Shown: positions 36,347 through 44,015 of the stretch, in pieces
Position numbering within the stretch: position 1 is the first letter of the stretch
How the letters are laid out: the number at the start of each line of letters is the position of its first letter
DNA from: Actinomycetota bacterium
GTDB taxonomy: Bacteria > Actinomycetota > Thermoleophilia > Solirubrobacterales > 70-9
Assembly: GCA_046730475.1 (NCBI GenBank)
Contig: JBKPIY010000005.1
Location: 5,187 to 69,186, forward strand
Reading direction: 5' to 3'
DNA length: 64,000 nucleotides
The notes under the pieces: generated by a model
What the model was told of the DNA's origin: nothing
Database searches by the model: none
The model's input: only the letters and a program-made list of their open reading frames with translations
Made by a program: the position numbers and the translations under genes

Positions 36347-37078
36347 GTGCGTCCGGTCAACCTGATCCCAGGCGACCTGCGGCGCGGCCCGCGGCCCCGC
36401 GGGCGAAGCGCCTCGACCGGCTACCTGGTCATCGGGGTGATGGCGGCGCTGCTGGTCGGCGTGATCGTGCTCGTGACGACCAACAACCAGATCTCGGACC
36501 GCAAGTCCGACATCGCCCGGCTCAAGGTCGAGGAGCAGCAGGCGACGGAGCGAGCGCAGCAGCTCAGCGCCTTCACCGACTTCCGCAGCGCCGAGGAGCG
36601 CCGCACCGCGACGGTGGCCAGCCTCGCCCAGAGCCGGTTCGACTGGGAGCGGGTGATGAGGGAGCTGTCGCTGGTGCTGCCGGACAACGTTTGGCTGGTC
36701 AACCTGACGGGCACCGTCACTCCCGACGTGACCCTTGACGGCGGCGCGAGCCTTCCCACGCGGACCAGCGTCGCGGGGCCGGCCCTCGAGATCATCGGCT
36801 GCACCACCTCGCAGGACAACGTGGCCCGGTTCGTCTCGGCGCTCGAGGACATCGACGGCGCGACCAGGGTCGGGGTCCAGTCCTCGGAGCTGGGCGACTC
36901 CACCAGCCCCGAGGGAACGAGCGGCGGCGGCGGCAGCACGAGCCAGGACTGCCGCACCCGGAACTTCATCTATCAGTTCGAGATCGTGGTTGCCTTCGAC
37001 AAGGCGCCGACGCCTTCGGTCGCGACCGTGACCACCCCGGTCCCCGCCGCGACCACGACAACCGGGACGGGAGGGTGA
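36347..37078 (+). CDS. pilN: PilN-like fimbrial assembly protein
   Basis: MRPVNLIPGDL N-terminus (PilM-binding type), a single TM, coiled-coil, position immediately after pilM. Confidence 0.75.
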   Translation: MRPVNLIPGDLRRGPRPRGRSASTGYLVIGVMAALLVGVIVLVTTNNQISDRKSDIARLKVEEQQATERAQQLSAFTDFRSAEERRTATVASLAQSRFDWERVMRELSLVLPDNVWLVNLTGTVTPDVTLDGGASLPTRTSVAGPALEIIGCTTSQDNVARFVSALEDIDGATRVGVQSSELGDSTSPEGTSGGGGSTSQDCRTRNFIYQFEIVVAFDKAPTPSVATVTTPVPAATTTTGTGG

Positions 37079-37079
37079 G

Positions 37080-37898
37080 ATGAGGCGGAACGACCGGATC
37101 CTCGTCCTCGCAGTCGGCCTGGTCGCCGTCGCGGCGCTCGCCTGGTTCCTGGTGCTTGCCCCCAAGCGCAAGGAGTCGGCGAGGCTCGGCGACGAGAAGC
37201 AGAGCGTGCAGGCCGCGATCGCCAAGCAGGAGCAGATCGCTGCCTACGGCCAGCAGGCGCGCCGGACGTTCCCCCACACCTATCAGGAGCTGGTGGTGCT
37301 GGGTAAGGCCGTTCCGGCCGGCGACGACACCTCCGCGATGCTGGTGGAGCTGAGCTCGATCTCGCACCAGGCGGACGTGAAGTTCGGGGGGATCGCGCTT
37401 TCGGAGACCGGCACCTCCGAGACAGCCGCCCCGACTTCGGCGCCGTCAGCCGGCACCAGCGGGCAGACGAGCAGCGCCGCCGGCGCGACCACGGCAAGCC
37501 TGAGCGGGTCGGCCCCGGCCACCGAAGCGGCCGCCGCCAGCCTCCCGATCGGGGCCACGGTGGGGCCGGCCGGTCTTCCGGTGCAGCCCTATCAGCTCCA
37601 TTTCATCGGTAGCTTCTTCAAGGTCGCCGACTTCATCGCCGGCCTCGACGATCTGGTCGGCACCAGGGGCCAGCGCGTGGTCGTCGACGGCAGGCTGATG
37701 ACAATCGATGGCTTCGCGCTGAGCGCCGACCAGAAGCGGGGCTTCCCCACCCTGGACGCCCGCTTCACGATGACCGCGTACGTGACCCCCGCGGAGGAGG
37801 GCTTGTTCTTGGGCGCGAGTCCCTCGGCTCCCTCGACGACCGGGACGACCCAGGTCAGCGCGACCGTGCCCAGCTCAACCTCTGGAGGGACGCCATGA
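37080..37898 (+). CDS. pilO: PilO-like pilus assembly protein
   Basis: Single N-terminal TM, coiled-coil, then LVVLGKAVPAGDDTSAMLVELSSISHQADVKFGGIAL (PilO-like core). Follows pilN by 1 nt. Confidence 0.65.
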   Translation: MRRNDRILVLAVGLVAVAALAWFLVLAPKRKESARLGDEKQSVQAAIAKQEQIAAYGQQARRTFPHTYQELVVLGKAVPAGDDTSAMLVELSSISHQADVKFGGIALSETGTSETAAPTSAPSAGTSGQTSSAAGATTASLSGSAPATEAAAASLPIGATVGPAGLPVQPYQLHFIGSFFKVADFIAGLDDLVGTRGQRVVVDGRLMTIDGFALSADQKRGFPTLDARFTMTAYVTPAEEGLFLGASPSAPSTTGTTQVSATVPSSTSGGTP

Positions 37899-38677
37899 GA
37901 AGGCCGAGCTTCCCAACCGACAAGGCGCCGCAGGTCGTCAGGGACCTGATCAGTGACCTCCGCGACCGCCACCTGCTGCCGGTCGTGGTCGGGCTCGCGC
38001 TCGCGATCGTGGCCGTGCCGGTGATCCTCTCCAACTCGGGCTCGTCGGGGAGCCCGGCGCCGCAGTCGCACGCTGCCGTCACTGAGCCGGCCAAGAGCGC
38101 GAAACACCTGACGGTCACGGCCGAGGACCCCGGGCTGCGCAACTACCGCAAGCGGCTCGACCGACTCAGTTCCAAGGACCCGTTCAAGCAGCAGTACCAA
38201 ACCCCCATCACCAAGGCGGCGGAGCTCGGCACCAGCCTCTCGACCGCGGTCGGCGGCGGGTCGACCGGCACCTCGGTCACCCCGGGGCCCGTGCCCACCG
38301 GGACCGGCGGTGGTACCCCCGTCGGGAAGACCAAGCCGGCCAAGCCTGAAAAGGTGGTCAGCTACACGATCAACGTCTTCACCGGCCCGACCGGGAGTCT
38401 GAAGCGGCGCACCGGGGTCGAGCCGCTGACCCCGCTTCCGAGCGCATTCAGGCCGGTGGCGCTCTTCCTCGACGCCACCTCCGACGGCCGCAAGGCCCTG
38501 TTCGTGATCTCCTCGCAGGCGGCCCTGCATCGGACCGATGGGAGCTGCGTGATGAAGGATGACGGCGCCTGTCAGGTGCTGGCGCTGCGGCCCGGCGGGG
38601 TTGCGGGCTTCACCTACGCCGGCGACAGCAAGCTCTACAAGATCAAGCTGGTCAAGATCACGCCCGTCACCGGGTAG
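37895..38677 (+). CDS. membrane-anchored hypothetical protein, possible PilP-like component
   Basis: ATGA overlap with pilO and GGAGGGA upstream. One TM, Gly/Thr/Pro linker, KDPF motif, C-terminal beta-rich domain ending YKIKLVKI. Confidence 0.4.
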   Translation: MRRPSFPTDKAPQVVRDLISDLRDRHLLPVVVGLALAIVAVPVILSNSGSSGSPAPQSHAAVTEPAKSAKHLTVTAEDPGLRNYRKRLDRLSSKDPFKQQYQTPITKAAELGTSLSTAVGGGSTGTSVTPGPVPTGTGGGTPVGKTKPAKPEKVVSYTINVFTGPTGSLKRRTGVEPLTPLPSAFRPVALFLDATSDGRKALFVISSQAALHRTDGSCVMKDDGACQVLALRPGGVAGFTYAGDSKLYKIKLVKITPVTG

Positions 38678-38702
38678 CCGCCCCCGGCGCGCCGCCCTCT
38701 GC

Positions 38703-38731
38703 TTCAATAAGTAAAGTCTTGGAGCTATACT
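38703..38731 (+). promoter_or_regulatory. candidate promoter upstream of hxlR-type gene
   Basis: TTCAAT, 17 bp, TATACT (38726-38731) in an AT-rich patch 43 nt upstream of the ATG at 38774. Confidence 0.3.
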
Positions 38732-38773
38732 CGCGAAAGCGGGGGTGGAGATGGCAACCCTCGCCCAATCGCC

Positions 38774-39124
38774 ATGAACCTGGATTCGACCTGCCCCGTC
38801 TGTCGGACCGCCGAGATCATCTCGGGCAAGTGGACGCTCCTGATCATCCGGGACCTTGCCGACTCCTCGCTTCGCTTCTGCCAGCTCGAGCGCTCGCTCG
38901 AGGGAATCAGTCCCCGCACTCTCTCGCTGCGGCTCCGCGCCCTCGAGGAGCAGGACATCGTCGAGCGCCGGACCTATCCCGAGGTGCCTCCGCGCGTCGA
39001 GTATGCGCTCACGGACAAGGGCCGGGCCCTGGTCCCGTTGATCGAGGACATGCGCTCCTACGGCCGTCGCTGGCTCCCGAGCGACGCACCCCAGGCGCGC
39101 GAGACGACCGCCGCCGCGGCCTGA
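38774..39124 (+). CDS. HxlR-family transcriptional regulator
   Basis: CPVCRTAEIISGKWTLLIIRDL...LERSLEGISPRTLSLRLRALEEQDIVERRTYPEVPPRVEYALTDKGRAL. Confidence 0.85.
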   Translation: MNLDSTCPVCRTAEIISGKWTLLIIRDLADSSLRFCQLERSLEGISPRTLSLRLRALEEQDIVERRTYPEVPPRVEYALTDKGRALVPLIEDMRSYGRRWLPSDAPQARETTAAAA

Positions 39125-39163
39125 CCCGGCCCTAGCCCCCGCGACGCCGGTCCCCTCGCCGCG

Positions 39164-39183
39164 GCAGGGCCGAGCTGCCCTGC
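39164..39183 (+). terminator. stem-loop after hxlR-type gene
   Basis: GCAGGGC-CGAGCT-GCCCTGC, followed by a second small hairpin CCTGC-ATTC-GCAGG. Confidence 0.3.
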
Positions 39184-39236
39184 AAGCGCCCCTGCATTCG
39201 CAGGATGCTCGCGCCCAAGCGCAGAAATCCAAGGTC

Positions 39237-40922
39237 GTGACGATGCTGGAGAGCACCACCGAGCGGCTCGAGGGGGCGTTATGCCGCCTCGCGCTCGAGG
39301 CCGGCGACCTCCTCGACGATCTCCTCGCCCAGGGGGCCGAGCTTCCCTTCGAGATCGAGCCCACCGACGAGGGGCCCCTGCCGATGTACCAGTACGCGCC
39401 CCTCACGGGCGCCTTCATCCGCGCCCACGTGGCCGAGCTTCGCCGCCTGGAGGTTTTCCTCGAGGTGCGGGAGCTGGCGGGTGAGGAGGCGGCGGTCGGC
39501 TTCCTCGTCGGCCTCTGGGACGGACGCAGCGAGTTCAACCTGATCGAGGACCACCTGCGAGGTGCGATCGACGCGGTCCTCGCGAGCGTGGCCGCAAGCG
39601 GAGGCGAGGGGAGCGCCCCCGGCGAGGTGATCGTGCCACTGATCGGATTTCACATGCCCGTCGACGAGATCGGGCTGGACGGCGTCCGGATCGTCCGTGC
39701 CGACGCGGTCGAGGACGCGCCGGCGGAGGCGATCGAGTGCTCCCGGCCGGGACGAAAGGGAAAGCCGGGCTTCCTCGCGTGCGTGAGGTGCGCGGGCGCC
39801 GCCGTCGCACCCGGCGCGGCCGTCGCGGACGATCTCCGCCGGGCCCTCCGCACGATGCGGCTGTTCCGGCCCGGCGCCGTCGGCCTGGCCGCCCAAGGCT
39901 GGGTCCGCCGCCCCGACGGCTGGGAGCGGTTCGGCACCGGGACCAACCGGCCGCGCCACGGCGGCTACCGGCTCACCGGCACCGAGGCCGCCGATCTCGA
40001 GTCCTTCGCCACCACCCTCGCCGATCGCGGCGCCCGGATGCCCGCCTTCGAGTGGGCGGCCTCGCGATTCGACCTCGGCGCCGAGCGGCCCTCGCTGATC
40101 GAGGCGCTGAGCGACTACCTGCTCGCCCTCCGGGGGCTGCTCGAGGGCGGCGGCGCCGCCCGTGCCGCGCTCTCGGCGCGCGCGGCCGCCCTGGTCGCCG
40201 CCGAGATGGACGGGCGCGAGCGCGGCCGCCTCTGCGTGGAGCGGGCGCTGTCGCTCGAGCGCAAGCTGATGGGCGGGTCCCGCTTCGTCCCGGCGGCCGC
40301 CTGGCAGCCCCTGGACGTGATCGCGGATCTGGAGGAGACCCTGCGGCGAATCCTGCGGGCGATGGCCGCCGGGGAGCTGGGAGGGGATCTGCGCGCCACC
40401 GCGGATGAGATCCTGCTCTCCGACGGCCTCGCCGCCGCCGCCGGGACCGCCGGCGCCGTCGGCACCGGCCAGGCGACGCTTGGGGAGACCGCCGAGTGGA
40501 GCATCCCCGACCCGGTCGCAGAGGAGATCGGGGTGGCGCCCGGAGCCGACGCCGCCACCGAGGCCGACGAGGGCGAGGAGGAGACGACCGAGGCCGCCGC
40601 AGCCGATCAGGCGACCACCAGGATCGTTGTCGACGACGTCGAACTACCGAGGCTGATGGCCGACGAGATCGACGATCGGCGCCCCCTGGAGGGGGGCGCC
40701 GGCCTCGGGGATGCCGACTGGTTCAGCGCCGCCGACGGCGGGCTGGAGTGGCCGGCGTTCGCGAGGCCGCGGCGCGCCCGCGAGCGGGAGCGGCCATCCG
40801 GCGAGGCGCGCCGGGAGACCTCGGACCGGGTCCGCTACCTCTTCCCGGTCCCGGACGCCACCGACTGGGACGTCGGTGAGCTCACCTACGAGCCCGGACG
40901 CTCGCGCGCGATAGACCGGTAG
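39237..40922 (+). CDS. hypothetical protein, 561 aa, with acidic low-complexity C-terminal third
   Basis: Consistent GC3 bias over the whole ORF. No recognisable domain. Confidence 0.6.
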   Translation: MTMLESTTERLEGALCRLALEAGDLLDDLLAQGAELPFEIEPTDEGPLPMYQYAPLTGAFIRAHVAELRRLEVFLEVRELAGEEAAVGFLVGLWDGRSEFNLIEDHLRGAIDAVLASVAASGGEGSAPGEVIVPLIGFHMPVDEIGLDGVRIVRADAVEDAPAEAIECSRPGRKGKPGFLACVRCAGAAVAPGAAVADDLRRALRTMRLFRPGAVGLAAQGWVRRPDGWERFGTGTNRPRHGGYRLTGTEAADLESFATTLADRGARMPAFEWAASRFDLGAERPSLIEALSDYLLALRGLLEGGGAARAALSARAAALVAAEMDGRERGRLCVERALSLERKLMGGSRFVPAAAWQPLDVIADLEETLRRILRAMAAGELGGDLRATADEILLSDGLAAAAGTAGAVGTGQATLGETAEWSIPDPVAEEIGVAPGADAATEADEGEEETTEAAAADQATTRIVVDDVELPRLMADEIDDRRPLEGGAGLGDADWFSAADGGLEWPAFARPRRARERERPSGEARRETSDRVRYLFPVPDATDWDVGELTYEPGRSRAIDR

Positions 40923-40929
40923 ACCCGCG

Positions 40930-42081
40930 TCAGGCTGCCGGGACTCGACGCTCCCCGGTGGTCATCGCCTCCCGCTCCTCGGTAGTGGCGAACAGGAACC
41001 GGTCGATCTCGAGCAGCCCCTCGAGGTCGTGGACGTCCTCGTCGAGATAGGGGACCCGGATCACCCGCCGGGCCTGGAGCTCGCGGGCGAGGTGGTCGAC
41101 GTTGCGGGCGTCGCGGGCGGCGAGAGCCTGGTAGTCGGCGAAGTTGGAGGCGACCCGCGTGGCGAGGTCGTGATCGAGGAGGTGGCGGAGTGCGTCGCCC
41201 GCCTCCGCCCCGGCGCCGTTTCCGTACTGGACCTTGTTGACGATCACCCCCCCGACGGGGAGCTTCGCCTCGACCAGCTTGCGGTGGAAGTACACGGCCT
41301 CCTCGATCGGCTCGCCTTGGGGCCCGCAGACGACCACGAAGGTGGTCTCCGGGTCGCCGAGGAGCTCGGACACCCGTCGGGCGCGCTCCCGGAACCCGTC
41401 CACCATCCCGCTGAACGCGCTCAGGAACTCGCCGACGTCGGCGAGGAGGTCGAAGCCCACCACCCGCTTGAGGATCCCGAACATCATCGAGGTCCCGCGC
41501 CCGACCATCCGGGTGGCCAGCCCCGTCGGCTTCATGAAGATCTGGAGCGAGCGGCCCTCGATGAACTGGGTGAGCCGCTTGGGCGCGTCGAGGAAATCGA
41601 GGGCATCGCGGGATGGCGGGGTATCGAGGACGAGATGGTCGTAGCGGCCCTCCTGGTGGATCTCGTACAGCTTCTCCATCGCCATGTACTCCTGGGACCC
41701 GGCGAGGGCGTTGGAGAGCTGGCGGTAGATCCGGTTGGCGAGGATCCGGTCCCGGGTCTCGGCGTCGGGTGCGTGCTTTCTGACCAGCTCGTCGAAGGTG
41801 GCCTTGGCGTCGAGCATCATCGCCCACAGCTCGCCGCGCATCTCGATCCCGGCGCGCCGGAAGAGCTGCGGGTCGACCCGGCGGGGCTCGTTCTCGAGCT
41901 CGCGCAGCCCAAGCGAGTCGGCGAGCCGCTTGGCGGGGTCGATCGTCAGCACCGCCACCTTCTCGCCGCGCGCCGCGAGGCCGGCGGCGATCGCGGCCGA
42001 GGTGGTGGTCTTTCCGACCCCGCCGGACCCGGCGCAGATCGTCACCCGCTTCCCTGCCAGGATTTCGGCGACCCCCGGCAT
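40930..42081 (-). CDS. ArsA/Get3-like ATPase, second of a pair (size and order like mycobacterial Rv3680/BagB)
   Basis: GKRVTICAGSGGVGKTTTSAAIAAGLAARGEKVAVLTIDPAKRLADSLG. ATGA overlap with the upstream paralog. 383 aa. Confidence 0.8.
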   Translation of the reverse strand: MPGVAEILAGKRVTICAGSGGVGKTTTSAAIAAGLAARGEKVAVLTIDPAKRLADSLGLRELENEPRRVDPQLFRRAGIEMRGELWAMMLDAKATFDELVRKHAPDAETRDRILANRIYRQLSNALAGSQEYMAMEKLYEIHQEGRYDHLVLDTPPSRDALDFLDAPKRLTQFIEGRSLQIFMKPTGLATRMVGRGTSMMFGILKRVVGFDLLADVGEFLSAFSGMVDGFRERARRVSELLGDPETTFVVVCGPQGEPIEEAVYFHRKLVEAKLPVGGVIVNKVQYGNGAGAEAGDALRHLLDHDLATRVASNFADYQALAARDARNVDHLARELQARRVIRVPYLDEDVHDLEGLLEIDRFLFATTEEREAMTTGERRVPAA

Positions 42082-43058
42082 CAGTTGAGCGCCGCCGCGA
42101 GGCGCTCGAGATCGGGCACCTCGAGCTGGGGCTTGAAGACGAAGGGGAGGGTCTTGACGGGGGAGGAGACCCGCCGGCGAAGGCGCTGGAGCTGGGCCCG
42201 CTGGGCCTGGGCACGGCGTTGCTCCGAGAGGGCGGCGCCGATCGCCGCGCGGGCCGGCCCCTCGGCGCTTTCCAACGCCTTTTCGAGCTCGTCGACGTCG
42301 CGCCGATCGAACCGCTCCGGGTACATCGCGTTCATGTAGACGCGGTCCACCGCGATCCCGATCTCTCCGACGAGCTGGCGCTCGAGCGAAGCCGACTCGT
42401 TCACCGGCATCTCCTCCGGCAGCGACACGATCGCGACCCCGGTGGAGTCGTGGTCGGTGATGAAGCGGTCGAGCGCCTGGGCCTGGGAGTGGATCGGCCC
42501 GACCCGGGCGATTCCGGCGAACGTGCGGGGTGTCTGGAGGAAGCCGACGCCGTGGCCGGTGGCTGGGGCGTCGACGACGACGAGGTCGTAGCCCTGACCC
42601 TTCTTCACCCTCCGGTTGAGCTGGGCGAGCTCCCAGATCTTCCCGATCGTGACCAGCTCCTTGAGCCCGGGAGTGGCGGCGGCGAGGTAGTTGAAGATCC
42701 GGGAGCGAACCAGCAGGTCGCGCATTGCCCGCACCTTGAGCTGGAGAAGCAGGTACTCGCGCATCGACTCGTCGGGATCGACCGAGATCGCCCACAGGTT
42801 GTCGGCCACCTCGACCTCGTGGAACCCGACCTTCGCCCGCCTGAACACCCGCGAGGCATTCTCCTGGGAGGAGATCTCGCAGATGATCGTCCGCTTTCCC
42901 CTCGCGGCCGCGGCGAGCCCGAGGGCGATCGAGATCGTCGACTTTCCCACCCCGCCCTTGCCGGTGACGAACACGAGCCGCTTGTCGAGAAGCTCAGGCA
43001 CCCGAACGCGCCATTCTTGCGGACAAGGGTTGCCCGGGCCCTGGCGCTTGAATCTCAT
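42081..43058 (-). CDS. ArsA/Get3-like ATPase, first of a pair (like Rv3679/BagA)
   Basis: LVFVTGKGGVGKSTISIALGLAAAARGKRTIICEISSQ (deviant Walker A), DLVVVDAPATGHG. 325 aa from the ATG at 43058. Confidence 0.8.
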   Translation of the reverse strand: MRFKRQGPGNPCPQEWRVRVPELLDKRLVFVTGKGGVGKSTISIALGLAAAARGKRTIICEISSQENASRVFRRAKVGFHEVEVADNLWAISVDPDESMREYLLLQLKVRAMRDLLVRSRIFNYLAAATPGLKELVTIGKIWELAQLNRRVKKGQGYDLVVVDAPATGHGVGFLQTPRTFAGIARVGPIHSQAQALDRFITDHDSTGVAIVSLPEEMPVNESASLERQLVGEIGIAVDRVYMNAMYPERFDRRDVDELEKALESAEGPARAAIGAALSEQRRAQAQRAQLQRLRRRVSSPVKTLPFVFKPQLEVPDLERLAAALN

Positions 43059-43097
43059 GGGGAGGAAACACGGCGCCGCCTCCGAATTAGGCCGCTG

Positions 43098-44015
43098 ATG
43101 CCGAGTTTCCGTCGCAAAGCTGCCGCTTCGCGCGCTTCCGACAGCGGGCGCCTGAGCCCCGACGAGGTGGTCGGGCCCAGGCGTGACGCCGACGGGGCGA
43201 AGCCGAAGGACGAGAAGGAGACGAACATCCCCGCCAGGAAGGCGCCCAAGCGCGCCGGGCCGGCGCAGGTGATCGCGTTCGCGAACCAGAAGGGCGGGGT
43301 GGCGAAGACCACCACCGCCCTCAACCTCGCGGTCGCCTTCAAGGAGTCCGGCCACCTGGTGCTCGCCGTGGACATGGACCCGCAGGGGAACCTGACGATG
43401 AGCCAGGGCGTCGACCCGGACAAGGTCGAGAAGAGCATGTTCGACGTCCTCGTCCACCGCCTGCCGATCACCGAGGTGATCGTCGAGCGGGAGATCGACG
43501 TTGCCGTGGCGTCAATCGATCTCGCCGGGGCCGAGATCGCAATGGCGGCCCAGATCGGGCGGGAGCGCTCCCTCCAGAAGGCGCTCGCCGAGGTCCGCGA
43601 GGACTACGACTACATCTGCATCGACACCCCGCCCAGCCTCGGCCTGCTCACCGTCAACGCTCTTACCGCCGCTGACAAGGTCATTGTTCCGGTGCAGTGC
43701 GAGTACCTGTCGATGCGTGGCCTGCTGCAGCTCCAGAACACGCTCCAGATGATCCGCGAGAACCTGAATCCCAAGGTTGAGATCGAGGGGATCCTGCCGA
43801 CGATGCTCGACTCCCGCACCGTCCACGCCAAGGAGGCCGTCGAGATCCTCGAGGAGAACTTCGGGGAGCTCGTCTTCCAGTCCCGGATCCGGAAGGCGAT
43901 CAAGTTCGCGGAGGCGCCCGTGCGCGGCACCTCGGTGCTCAAGTACGACCCGAAGAGCAAGGCGGCGGCCTCCTACCGCGACCTCGCCAAGGAGGTCCTG
44001 ACGCATGGCTCGTAA
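43098..44015 (+). CDS. ParA/Soj/MinD-family ATPase with about 55-aa basic N-terminal extension
   Basis: VIAFANQKGGVAKTTTALNLA (KGGxxK[ST] deviant Walker A), LAVDMDPQGNLT, YDYICIDTPPSLG. The start is uncertain: ATG 43098, or GTG 43269 at the latest. Confidence 0.85.
   Translation: MPSFRRKAAASRASDSGRLSPDEVVGPRRDADGAKPKDEKETNIPARKAPKRAGPAQVIAFANQKGGVAKTTTALNLAVAFKESGHLVLAVDMDPQGNLTMSQGVDPDKVEKSMFDVLVHRLPITEVIVEREIDVAVASIDLAGAEIAMAAQIGRERSLQKALAEVREDYDYICIDTPPSLGLLTVNALTAADKVIVPVQCEYLSMRGLLQLQNTLQMIRENLNPKVEIEGILPTMLDSRTVHAKEAVEILEENFGELVFQSRIRKAIKFAEAPVRGTSVLKYDPKSKAAASYRDLAKEVLTHGS

Noticed and set aside
40930-42795. 621-aa ORF suggesting a single long ArsA-like gene
   Set aside because: Only the C-terminal 383 codons (from MPGVAEILAGKRVTICAGSGGVGKTT) look like protein. 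The upstream part overlaps the first ArsA-like gene in another frame. The ATGA junction at 42081 supports two genes.
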